Source: Gaiellaceae bacterium
GTDB lineage: Bacteria; Actinomycetota; Thermoleophilia; Gaiellales; Gaiellaceae
Assembly (NCBI GenBank): GCA_036380275.1
Contig: DASVFB010000103.1
Span: 1 to 33,501, forward strand
Length of the DNA stretch: 33,501 nucleotides
Direction of reading: 5' to 3'
The notes under the pieces are model-generated. The model saw only the letters and a list, made by a program, of their open reading frames with translations, made no database searches and was not told where the DNA came from. Made by a program: the position numbers and the translations under genes. This document shows positions 1 to 8,304 of the stretch, piece after piece; the first letter of the stretch is position 1; every line of letters starts with the position of its first letter.

Positions 1-122
1 ACCCACGGCAGCAGGTCGGTCAGCTTGTGCTTCTCGAGGAAGTACCCGAACCCGTGACGCACGGCGACCTGCGCGATCTCCGACAGGCGCCCCAGATTCC
101 GCTGAGTCGACTGCGTCGCCAC
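1..122 (-). CDS. 5' end of an ABC1/UbiB-family atypical kinase (partial, continues past the left edge)
   Basis: Hand translation of the minus strand from GTG (122-120) gives VATQSTQRNLGRLSEIAQVAVRHGFGYFLEKHKLTDLLPW, open to the window edge. The RL-EIA-V--RHGFGY pattern resembles UbiB/ABC1 N-termini. It is absent from the ORF track because it is open-ended. Confidence 0.4.
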   Translation of the reverse strand, partial: MATQSTQRNLGRLSEIAQVAVRHGFGYFLEKHKLTDLLPW

Positions 123-157
123 GGCGTCAGTGTTGCACGACGACGTGGACGGCCCTG

Positions 158-171
158 CTAGAGGCTTGGTG
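158..171. repeat. Terminal inverted repeat of the IS (3'-side end relative to the transposase)
   Basis: CTAGAGGCTTGGTG pairs with 1476-1489, with 13 of 14 positions matching. Confidence 0.7.
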
Positions 172-325
172 TGGAACTCGGGTGCCTCTGGGGACGGCAG
201 AGACCAAGCAGCTGAGTTCGAGCGGCCGCAGTTCGTACTCGTGGTACGGGCTGCGGCCGCTCGGGCTCAGATGCGCCGCGTCTGGGCCGCCATCCAGAGG
301 TGCCGGAGTTTCAGTTGCTCCTCTG

Positions 326-1275
326 TCAAGTGGCTTCGGTGAGTGTGGCGGTTGTCGCGTCGGCGCGGAGGGCTCGATAGACGACGTCGGAGAGGCGGCG
401 TTTCAGCACGCGGAGGGCTTCCAGGCCGCCGTCGCCGTTCGCGCGGCGTCTGGCGATCAACGCCTGCGCGGGCGGGTGCCGGTGGGCCTGGGTGAGCGCG
501 ATCCGGTGCAGGGCGGCGTTGAGCTGTCGGTTGCCGCTGCGGCTCAGTCGGTGTCGTGCCCGGTTGGAGGACCAGACCGGTTGCGGAGCGGTGCCGTTGT
601 GGCGCGCGTAGGCGTCGCAGCTTTTGAAGCGCGCCACGCCGGCGGTCTCGCCGAGGATCTTCGCCGCGGTCAGCGATCCGCAACCGCAGACTGCGAGCAG
701 CGACGGCGCGAGCTGCTCGACGAGCGCCGTGATCTCCCGCTCGAGCTGGTTGATCTCGACCGTCAGCCGGCTCGTGCGCTCGACCAGGTCGCGCGCGATG
801 CGGGCGACCGTGCCATCGTGCAGGTGCCAACGCAGCCGGCTGATCATCCTCGTCCGCTCCTGCACCAAGTCTTCGCGATGGTCGACGAGCAACCGCACCT
901 CACGCTCTGGCCCGTCCAACCGGGCGAGCGGCAGATCAGGCTCTCGCAAGGCGGCGCGCGCGACAGCGAGCGCGTCGATCGGGTCGCTCTTCCCGAACGA
1001 CCGGGCCGCCGCGCGAGCGTTCGCCATCAGCTTCGGCGGTACCCGAACGATCCGCTCCCCCGCCGCGAGCAGATCACGCTCCAGCCGACGCGAGAGGTGA
1101 CGGCAGTCCTCGACCGCCCATAACCGCTCCCGTCTTGTCTCGCTGCCCAAGCGACCAGCGCGAGATGATCGCCCGAGCTCGTCCCCGTTGTGCGCTGCGC
1201 CAACCGCCGAGCCTGCGCATCGACTACAACCACCGTGTGGCTGCGCTTGTGCGCATCGATCCCGATCGTCACCAT
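326..1275 (-). pseudogene. IS110-family (DEDD) transposase split by a frameshift near 1125-1135
   Basis: The N-terminal part MVTIGIDAHKRSHTVVVVDAQ...LALVAWAARQDGS lies in ORF 1027-1275. The remainder, ERLWAVEDCRHLSRRLERDLLAAGERIVRVPPKL...GKSDPIDALAVARAA...CGCGSLTAAKILGE...RHRLSRSGNRQLNAALHRIAL, lies in ORF 326-1345, which is in a different frame. The junction is at gacgggagcgg, and one extra G would restore DGERLWAVE. Confidence 0.75.
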
Positions 1276-1475
1276 GACACCGTCTCTCCTTCCACGGGAG
1301 GGGCTCGCCTGGGATCGGTCGGCGGGCAGATCCCAGTAGGGGCAATCAGCACGCTCCTCTCAAGCCACGCCGGCCGGTCCCCCAAAACGCCATGCCGGCC
1401 GCACAACTGAAACCAGCCACGAAGGCAATCAAGAACCTCGAGCGAACCCGCACGGCAGGCCCACTCTGACACTGG

Positions 1476-1489
1476 CATCAAGCCTCTAG
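1476..1489. repeat. Terminal inverted repeat of the IS (5'-side end relative to the transposase)
   Basis: CATCAAGCCTCTAG. Its CTA (1486-1488) is also the stop codon of the phasin-like gene. Confidence 0.7.
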
Positions 1490-1836
1490 GCCGGCGGAAC
1501 TGTCAGCTCGTCCCGCTCGAGGAGCTTGAGACGATGCTCCACCTGGGCGACGCGGAGCTCGAGCTCCTCGAACTCCGACCGGAGCACCAAGCCGAGCTCA
1601 CGCAGCACGCCGTGCAGTCCGGCGCCTGCACGCTCCGTGACGCGCGTGGCGTCGCCGCGCCAGCGCGACACGAGCTCCTCGACGGCGGCGCGCGCCTCGT
1701 CGCGCTGCACGCCGCCCCGCTCGGTAACCGTGTCGACGAGCTCTTCCACGCGGTCGGCGGTCAACGAGACAACGCCGATCCCCGCGAGGATCAGCTGCTC
1801 GACCCGGTCGCGCGAGTCCTTATCTCGCTCGGCCAT
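1486..1836 (-). CDS. Phasin-like / PHA-granule-associated coiled-coil protein (COG3937-like)
   Basis: MAERDKDSRDRVEQLILAGIGVVSLTADRVEELVDTVTERGGVQRDEARAAVEELVSRW.... I chose the internal ATG at 1836 because the longer ORF start (1887) would overlap secDF extensively. Confidence 0.55.
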   Translation of the reverse strand: MAERDKDSRDRVEQLILAGIGVVSLTADRVEELVDTVTERGGVQRDEARAAVEELVSRWRGDATRVTERAGAGLHGVLRELGLVLRSEFEELELRVAQVEHRLKLLERDELTVPPA

Positions 1837-4570
1837 GCGGTCTCGAGCTCCGCCGCTGGCGGCGCCGTTCGCGCTTCGCCTCCGCACCGGAAACGGCGCG
1901 CTCCACCGCCGCGACGGGAGACAGATCCGGGACCGGCTCGGCCGCGGCCGCCGTCTCCGCGGCGACGAGGATCGCTTCGTCCTCCTGCGCCTCGGTCTGG
2001 CCGGGCAAAGGCTCCTCGTCGCGCCGGCGCGCGTACTCCGGGTCGCGCTCCATCAGTCCGACGAGCAGCGGCGTCGCGATGAAGATCGTGGACACGGCGC
2101 CGACCGAGATGCCGACGAGGATCGCGAATGCAAAGTCCTGCAGCGTCGAGCCGCCGAAGATGAACAGGGCGGCAATCGGCAGCAACGTGATCACCGACGT
2201 GAAGATCGACCGCCGCAGCACCTCCCACACCGACACGTTCGCGATCCGTCCGATCGTCGCGCGCGGCATCAGCTTCATGTTTTCGCGCACGCGGTCGAAG
2301 ACGATGATCGTGTCGTAGATCGAGTAGCCGAGGATGGTGAGGATCGCGGCGACCGTCGATGCCGAGACCTCGCGGCCCGAGATCGCGTAGATGCCGAGCA
2401 TGATCGGCACGTCGTTCAGCAGCGTGCGCACGATCGGGACCGCAAATCGCCAGCGGTAGCGCAGGCTCACGTACAGCGCGATCAGCGCGAACGAGACGAC
2501 GATCGCGTAGATCGCGCTCCTCAGGATCTGCCGGCTGAAGCTCGAAGAGACATTCTTGACGGACGCGACGTGCGCGTTGACCTGATCGGTGAGGCGCGTG
2601 GTCAGCTGTGACTGCTCGGCGGCGGTGAGGCTCTTGAGACGCAGCTGGAAGTTGCGGAACGAATCCGACCCGGTCTGGGTTCCGCGGCCCTGGACGACCG
2701 CGCCGTCTTGGCTGATCTGCTGACGCACATCCGAAAGCGACGTGGGCTTCGGCGTCGTGAACGTGACCTGGGTTCCGCCCTTGAAGTCGATCCCGAGGTT
2801 CAGGCCCTTGATCGCGATCGCGAGGACGCTGAGGGCCACGGCGGCCACGGAGATGATGAACCACAGGCGCCGGTGGCCGACGACGTCGATCCGCTGCCAG
2901 CGAGGGATCTCCTGTGCCGTCGCGCCCATGAAGCGCGGGTTGTCGAACCACCTGAAGCCGGCCAGCAGTCCGAGCATTGCGCGTGTCGCGAACACCGCCG
3001 TCACCAGCGAGAGCACGGTGCCGATGAGCAGCATCAAGGCGAAACCTTTGACGCCGGCCGTGGCGACGGTGAAGAGGATGAACGCCGTGATACATGTGAC
3101 CGCGTTCGCGTCGAGGATCGTGTGCAAGCCCTTCGCGTAGCCCGCGTTTAACGCGGCGCGCACGGACTTCCCGGCGCGCACCTCTTCCTTGATGCGCTCG
3201 AAGATGACGACGTTCGCGTCCGCTGCGACGCCGATCGTGAGGATCAACCCCGCGAATCCCGGCAGCGTGAGCGTCACGTTCAGCAGCAGGATCGCGCCGT
3301 ACATCAGGATCGCGTAGATGACGAGGCCGAGCACCGCGATGATGCCCATGAAGCGGTAGACGACGAGCAGGAAGATGATCACCGCGATCAGGCCGCCGAT
3401 TGCGGCGCGCTTCGCCTCCTGCAGGGAGTCCTTGCCGAGCGTCGCGGAGACGTTCGTGCTCTCGAGCGTCGTGAACTTGTACGGGAGCGAGCCGGTCTGG
3501 AGCACGAGCGCGAGGTTCTTCGCCTCGCCGAACGAGCCGATCCCGGTGATCTGGGCGTTGCCGCTGATGCCGTTAGCGAGCGAGCTGTCCGTGTAGTCGA
3601 TCTGCGGCCACGACTTGATCTGGCGGTCGAGCACGATCGCGAAGTGCTGCGGAGCCTGCTGCAGACCGCCGCGCTGGTAGAGACCCTTCGTGATCGACTG
3701 GAACTTCTTGCTGCCGGCGCCCGTGAAGTCCATCAGGACGACTGGGCCCTGGCTCGGGTCGAGGTCGGCGCGCGTTCCGGCGAGCTTCAGATCCGCCCCG
3801 GTCAGCTCCGGAACCGCCTTTGCCTTGTTCTCCGGGTCGTACTTGAAGAGGTACCAGCTGGTCGTCGTTGGCGCGCCTGTGCCGCCGGGGCAGATGCTCG
3901 CGTCCGTTCCGCACGAGACGACCACGGTTCCCTTTGGCACGCCGAAGACGGCGTACTTCTGTGTCTTGCCGGTCGCAGTGTCGACCGTGGTGATGTGGCG
4001 CTTCTTCGCCGGCTTCGTGTTGAAGAGCGCGTCCTTCGACACCGCGGGCCCGGCGATCAGCTGCTTCGTCTTCTTGTCGAAGAGGTACCACTCGCTCGCG
4101 CCCTTGTCCTTGACGAGCGCCTGCTGGCCGGAGAGGAGCGAGTAGATGTTCGGCTCCGGATTCGGCTGTCCGGAGACCGACGTCGACGGACCTGTCAGGT
4201 CGGCCTCCAGGTCGTAGAACTCGAGCTGGGCGGTCTTGCCGATCAACGCCGCGGCGGCGCGCGGATCGTGGACGCCGGCGAGCTGGATGACGATCTGGTC
4301 GGCGCCCTGCTTGCGAACCTCCGGCTCGGAGACGCCGAGCTTGTCGACGCGGTTCCGCATGATGTTCTGCGCGATCGACATCCGCGCCGGGTCGACCTTC
4401 TGGTTCTTCGGCGGAATCGCCTTGAGGACGACTTCGAGACCGCCCTGGAGATCGAGCCCCTGCTTCGCCGACCTGTGCCCCGGGGAGCCCGGGACGGCCA
4501 GGTAGGCGACGACGGCGACGCCGCCGAGAATGAGGCAGAGCAGGAGCAGGTATTTCCGGGGATCCGACAC
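1820..4570 (-). CDS. secDF: Fused protein-export membrane protein SecDF with a long charged C-terminal tail
   Basis: 916 aa with a GTG start. It has an N-terminal TM helix, a large periplasmic domain and the SecD TM bundle, followed by a SecF-type segment (RLWFIISVAAVALSVLAIAIKGLNLGIDFKGGTQVTF). It sits in the conserved queA-tgt-yajC-secDF order. Confidence 0.9.
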   Translation of the reverse strand: MSDPRKYLLLLCLILGGVAVVAYLAVPGSPGHRSAKQGLDLQGGLEVVLKAIPPKNQKVDPARMSIAQNIMRNRVDKLGVSEPEVRKQGADQIVIQLAGVHDPRAAAALIGKTAQLEFYDLEADLTGPSTSVSGQPNPEPNIYSLLSGQQALVKDKGASEWYLFDKKTKQLIAGPAVSKDALFNTKPAKKRHITTVDTATGKTQKYAVFGVPKGTVVVSCGTDASICPGGTGAPTTTSWYLFKYDPENKAKAVPELTGADLKLAGTRADLDPSQGPVVLMDFTGAGSKKFQSITKGLYQRGGLQQAPQHFAIVLDRQIKSWPQIDYTDSSLANGISGNAQITGIGSFGEAKNLALVLQTGSLPYKFTTLESTNVSATLGKDSLQEAKRAAIGGLIAVIIFLLVVYRFMGIIAVLGLVIYAILMYGAILLLNVTLTLPGFAGLILTIGVAADANVVIFERIKEEVRAGKSVRAALNAGYAKGLHTILDANAVTCITAFILFTVATAGVKGFALMLLIGTVLSLVTAVFATRAMLGLLAGFRWFDNPRFMGATAQEIPRWQRIDVVGHRRLWFIISVAAVALSVLAIAIKGLNLGIDFKGGTQVTFTTPKPTSLSDVRQQISQDGAVVQGRGTQTGSDSFRNFQLRLKSLTAAEQSQLTTRLTDQVNAHVASVKNVSSSFSRQILRSAIYAIVVSFALIALYVSLRYRWRFAVPIVRTLLNDVPIMLGIYAISGREVSASTVAAILTILGYSIYDTIIVFDRVRENMKLMPRATIGRIANVSVWEVLRRSIFTSVITLLPIAALFIFGGSTLQDFAFAILVGISVGAVSTIFIATPLLVGLMERDPEYARRRDEEPLPGQTEAQEDEAILVAAETAAAAEPVPDLSPVAAVERAVSGAEAKRERRRQRRSSRPHGRAR

Positions 4571-4586
4571 GAGTGCGGGGTTCAGA

Positions 4587-4913
4587 TTAGCTTGGGTTTA
4601 CGGAGCCGTCGTCGTCTTTGACGCTTTCAAGCTCCGGTTCGATAGCGGACTCTTCGTCCTCGTCCGGCTCGACGAATCCCGCAACGGCGGCCCTCGCCAT
4701 GCGAACGACCAGCCCGTCGGCGATCTCGACCTGAAGCTCGTCGCCGTCGATCTCCCTGATCACGCCGTAGAGACCGCCCGCAGAGACGATCTCATCGCCT
4801 GTTTCGAGGGCCTCGAGCAGCTCGCGCTGCTCAGCCGCCTGACGCCGCTGCGGGCGAACGATGAACAGCCAGAAGAGGAAGGCGAGAACGACGATCACGA
4901 TCAGGAAGCCCAT
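4587..4913 (-). CDS. yajC: Preprotein translocase subunit YajC
   Basis: 108 aa: MGFLIVIVVLAFLFWLFIVRPQRRQ...GDEIVSAGGLYGVIREIDGDELQVEIADG. Its position between tgt and secDF supports the call. Confidence 0.85.
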   Translation of the reverse strand: MGFLIVIVVLAFLFWLFIVRPQRRQAAEQRELLEALETGDEIVSAGGLYGVIREIDGDELQVEIADGLVVRMARAAVAGFVEPDEDEESAIEPELESVKDDDGSVNPS

Positions 4914-6031
4914 GCGGTCTCCTCCGGCGCGCCGGCGACGCGCCCGAGCGTTTCGCGCTTGAAAGCGGCGAAACGCCGGTCGTGGATCGCCTGCCGCGCG
5001 CCCGCGGTGAGTTCGAGCAGGAAGCGCAAATTATGCAGGGTCAGGAGTCTGAGCCCGAGCAGCTCGTTCTGGTTGACCAGGTGCCGCAGGTATGCGCGGG
5101 AGAAACGCTCGCACGCGGGGCACGCGCAGTCCTCGTCGAGCGGAGCTGCGTCGTTTGCGAAGCGAGCGTTCTTCAGATTGAGGCGGCCGTCTCTCGTGAG
5201 AGCGGTGCCTGTGCGCCCCAACCGCGTCGGCCACACGCAGTCGAAGAGGTCGATGCCGCGTTCGATCACTTCGAGGATTCCCGCGGGATCGCCGATTCCC
5301 ATGAAATAGCGGGGCCTGTCGGCCGGGAGCAGCGGCGTCGCCCAGGCCGTCGTCTCGAGCATCTCGTCGCGGTCCTCGCCGATCGCCAGCCCGCCGAGCG
5401 CGTACCCGTCGAAGCCGAGCTCCGCCAGCTCGGCAATCGAACGGCGACGAAGCTCTTGATCCGTGTGACCCTGTGCGATTGCGAAGACGAGCTGGCCCGG
5501 CGCGCACTCCGCGGCTCGCTGGCGTGCGGCCCACTTCGTCGTGCGGCGCACCGCGTCCTCGAGCTCCGCGCGCGTTACGCCCGTGGGCGGGACGTGGTCG
5601 AGGCACATCGCGACGTCGGAGCCGAGCTTTCGCTGAATCGATGCTGCGATCTCGGGCGTGAGCAGCGTCAGGTCGCCGTCGTAGACGGAGCGGAACGTCA
5701 CGCCGGCGTCGTCGACGCGCTTGATCGTATGGCGGAGCGAGAAGACCTGGTAGCCGCCGGAGTCGGTGAGGATGGGGCCGTCCCAGCCAATGAACGCGTG
5801 CAAGCCGCCGAGCTCGGCGATCAGGTCCTCTCCCGGACGCAGGTGCAGGTGGTACGTGTTGCCGAGCAGCATCGTCGTGCCGAGCGCGCGCAGTTCGTCG
5901 GGATGGACGCCCTTCACGGTGCCCTTCGTCCCCACAGGCATGAACGCCGGCGTCGGCACGTCGCCGTGCGAGGTCCGGAGGAATCCCGAGCGGGCCGCGC
6001 CGTCTGTTGCACCGAGAGTGAAGTGGCTCAT
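4901..6031 (-). CDS. tgt: Queuine tRNA-ribosyltransferase (tRNA-guanine transglycosylase)
   Basis: 376 aa with TPAFMPVGTKGTVKG, LGNTYHL, LTDSGGYQVFSL and the zinc motif CACPAC...RAYLRHL. There is an ATGA overlap with the queA stop. Confidence 0.92.
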   Translation of the reverse strand: MSHFTLGATDGAARSGFLRTSHGDVPTPAFMPVGTKGTVKGVHPDELRALGTTMLLGNTYHLHLRPGEDLIAELGGLHAFIGWDGPILTDSGGYQVFSLRHTIKRVDDAGVTFRSVYDGDLTLLTPEIAASIQRKLGSDVAMCLDHVPPTGVTRAELEDAVRRTTKWAARQRAAECAPGQLVFAIAQGHTDQELRRRSIAELAELGFDGYALGGLAIGEDRDEMLETTAWATPLLPADRPRYFMGIGDPAGILEVIERGIDLFDCVWPTRLGRTGTALTRDGRLNLKNARFANDAAPLDEDCACPACERFSRAYLRHLVNQNELLGLRLLTLHNLRFLLELTAGARQAIHDRRFAAFKRETLGRVAGAPEETAWAS

Positions 6032-6957
6032 AGAACCAGCATCGCATCGCCGAAGGAGTAGAAGCGGTAGCGCTCCGCGATCGCCAGCTCGTAGAGGCGC
6101 TTCGTGTCCTCCACGCCCGCGAACGCCATCACAAGCGCGAGCAGCGTCGTCCGGGGGAGATGGAAGTTCGTGAGCAGAGCGTCGACGCGCTTGAACTCGA
6201 ACCCGGGCGTGACAAAGAGCGCCGTCCTACCGGCCAGCGCGCCGTCCCGCGCGAGCGTCTCGAGGACGCGCACGCTCGTCGTCCCCACGGCGAGGACGCG
6301 TTCCGCGCTTCTGATCCGCTCCCACGCCTCAGGCCGCACCTCGTAGCGTTCGCCGTGCAGCTCGTGCTCGTCGAGCCGAGGCGCCGTCACGGGCCTGAAC
6401 GTGTCCAGCCCCACGTGCAGGGTCACGCGCTCCACGTCCAGCCGCTGGAGCAATTCGGGCGTGAAATGCAGCCCCGCCGTCGGCGCCGCCGCCGACCCAG
6501 GCTCGCGCGCGTACACGGTCTGGTACTGCTCGGGATCCTCGAGCGGCTCGACGATGTACGGCGGCAGCGGCGTCTCTCCCGCAGGCTCGCCGTGGACGCG
6601 AAGCCGCCACCGCCCCTCGCCAAGATGCTCGAGCAGCTCGACGTCCCCGTACCGTCTCCCTGCGTGCAACCGCTTCGTCGGCCGGGCAAGACCCTCCCAG
6701 AGCCCGTCGCCGAGCGGTTCGAGCAGCAGCACCTCGCCACGCGGGCGCTCGAGCGGCAGGCGTGCAGGAAGGACGCGCGTGTCGTTCACGACGACAAGCT
6801 CGCCGCCGAGCTCGTCGGGCAGCTCGGCAAACACGCGATGGCGTACCTCTTTCCGGCGGCGGTCGTAGACGAGGAGCCGCGCCGCATCGCGGCGGGCCGT
6901 CGGATGCTGGGCGATCAGCTCCGCGGGCAGGTCGTAGTCGAGCTCGTCGGTTTCCAT
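6028..6957 (-). CDS. queA: S-adenosylmethionine:tRNA ribosyltransferase-isomerase
   Basis: METDELDYDLPAELIAQHP...AAPTAGLHFT...HVGLDTFRPV...VGTTSVRVLE...FHLPRTTLL...ERYRFYSFGDAMLV. The start is set at ATG 6957. The 71-codon upstream extension in the track looks like out-of-frame, low-complexity sequence. Confidence 0.9.
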   Translation of the reverse strand: METDELDYDLPAELIAQHPTARRDAARLLVYDRRRKEVRHRVFAELPDELGGELVVVNDTRVLPARLPLERPRGEVLLLEPLGDGLWEGLARPTKRLHAGRRYGDVELLEHLGEGRWRLRVHGEPAGETPLPPYIVEPLEDPEQYQTVYAREPGSAAAPTAGLHFTPELLQRLDVERVTLHVGLDTFRPVTAPRLDEHELHGERYEVRPEAWERIRSAERVLAVGTTSVRVLETLARDGALAGRTALFVTPGFEFKRVDALLTNFHLPRTTLLALVMAFAGVEDTKRLYELAIAERYRFYSFGDAMLVL

Positions 6958-6982
6958 CCGGTCAGCGCGGTATTGTCGCCGC

Positions 6983-7402
6983 GTGGATGATCCAGTCGAG
7001 CGGGCACTCGAGAAGGCAAACGTCCGGTTGACCGCCGCGGCAGAGGGTCGCGCGAGCCCGGCCGACGTCGACGCGGCGCTCGAACGCGCCAAAGCCGCAA
7101 TCGAGTCGCTGGCGCTGGCATCGGCCCAGATGCAGGAGGGGCTGCCCGACGCGATCCAGGACGGCCTCAAAGAGCACTTCCGCCCGAGCGCTCGTCACAT
7201 CGCGGAGATGCGCGGGCTGATGAACCAGGTCGTCAAGCGCCTCGAGCGGCTCGAAGGCGACCTGCTCGCCGAGCGCCACGCGCGCGTCGACGACCTGGCT
7301 CTGCTCGTCGACCTTGTCGCCTCGGGATGGCAGTCGGTGAACGACCGACTCGCGAGGATCGAGGAGAAGCTCGACCAGCCGCGTCTCCGCAGCGTTTCCT
7401 AG
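6983..7402 (+). CDS. Hypothetical coiled-coil protein
   Basis: 139 aa with a GTG start, high GC3 and heptad-like Leu/Glu/Arg-rich sequence. I recognise no family. Confidence 0.5.
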   Translation: MDDPVERALEKANVRLTAAAEGRASPADVDAALERAKAAIESLALASAQMQEGLPDAIQDGLKEHFRPSARHIAEMRGLMNQVVKRLERLEGDLLAERHARVDDLALLVDLVASGWQSVNDRLARIEEKLDQPRLRSVS

Positions 7403-8304
7403 GTCAGCGCGAGCACAACCGCCGAGAGAACCGCCCACGCGGCAACGGTCGCGAGGATGACGCGGTCCGCAAGCAACACGTGTTCGGGCTCCTCGCCGAG
7501 ATCGTCTCTGTGCACGAGCACGAGGTATCGGACAAGCCCGAGGACGACGAACGGAGCCGTGAGCGCCATCCACGCGGAGTGCGCAGTCACCGCGTAGGCG
7601 ACGTACGCACCAGCGGTCGCCGCAGCGACGACGTTCAGCAATCGGTCGACGAGCGCCAGTGAGTAGCCGCCGAGCGACTCGCGCCCGGGCGTCTCGTCCG
7701 CATGCACGAGCACGAGCTCGCCGCGGCGCTTCGCAAGCCCGAGGAAGAGCGCAAGAAGCGCGGTGCAGACGAGCAGCCAGGGAGAGATGCGCACGTCTAC
7801 GGCCGCGGCGCCCGCTGCTGCGCGAATCACGAACAGGCCGGCGATGACGCAGACGTCGACGAGGACGATGCGTTTCAAGCCGAGGCTGTACGCGAGCTGC
7901 AACGCGACGAAGCCGAGCAGGAAGAGCACCGACAAGAAGCCGAGCGCAGCCGCGATCGCGAACGCTCCGGCCGCAAGCAACCCGGCCAGCACGAGCGCCC
8001 GCTGCGGCTCGAGTTCGCCGCGAGCGATCGGGCGGTCCCGCTTGACAGGGTGGAGCCGGTCGTCGTTCGCATCCAGCAAGTCGTTCACGAGGTACGCCGC
8101 GCTCGAAGCGGCGCAGTACGCGACGAAAATCGCGACAGCCTCGCCCCAACGGCCCGCATCCCCGAGCTTCGCCGCGAAGATGATCCCGGCAAAGAGCAGG
8201 AGATTCTTCGACCATTGCCGCGGCCGCAGTGCGACGATCGCGGCCTCGACGGGACCGCGCCGCGGACGAAGCTCGACGACCGCGGCCGGTTCCGGAACGC
8301 TCAC
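7399..8304 (-). CDS. UbiA-family prenyltransferase, decaprenyl-phosphate phosphoribosyltransferase (DPPR synthase)-like
   Basis: 301 aa, polytopic, with RPRQWSKNLLLFAG and YLVNDLLDANDDRLHPVKRDRPIARGEL (NDxxDxxxD plus HPxKxxRPIA). Its GTG start overlaps the kinase stop (GTGA). Confidence 0.75.
   Translation of the reverse strand: MSVPEPAAVVELRPRRGPVEAAIVALRPRQWSKNLLLFAGIIFAAKLGDAGRWGEAVAIFVAYCAASSAAYLVNDLLDANDDRLHPVKRDRPIARGELEPQRALVLAGLLAAGAFAIAAALGFLSVLFLLGFVALQLAYSLGLKRIVLVDVCVIAGLFVIRAAAGAAAVDVRISPWLLVCTALLALFLGLAKRRGELVLVHADETPGRESLGGYSLALVDRLLNVVAAATAGAYVAYAVTAHSAWMALTAPFVVLGLVRYLVLVHRDDLGEEPEHVLLADRVILATVAAWAVLSAVVLALT

Larger units (their letters stand above)
158..1489 (-). mobile_element. 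IS110-family insertion sequence, about 1.33 kb, bounded by 13/14-matching terminal inverted repeats and CTAG at both junctions
   Basis: The transposase ORFs lie inside. CTAGAGGCTTGGTG at 158-171 matches the reverse complement of CATCAAGCCTCTAG at 1476-1489. There are non-coding ends of about 165 nt (3' of the transposase) and about 210 nt (5' of it). Confidence 0.75.

Noticed and set aside
182-1123. 313-aa plus-strand ORF inside the IS, plus the other ORFs at 130-830.
   Set aside because: They are antisense to the IS110 transposase, which has clear family motifs. They show no independent support.
6958-7170. Upstream extensions of the queA ORF, and similarly of the thiolase (15227-15553), dehydrogenase (13270-13419), cyclase (24686-25330) and kinase (9690-9722) ORFs.
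   Set aside because: The extensions overlap neighbouring genes or consist of Ser/Arg/Ala-rich sequence lacking family similarity. Internal starts give canonical N-termini.
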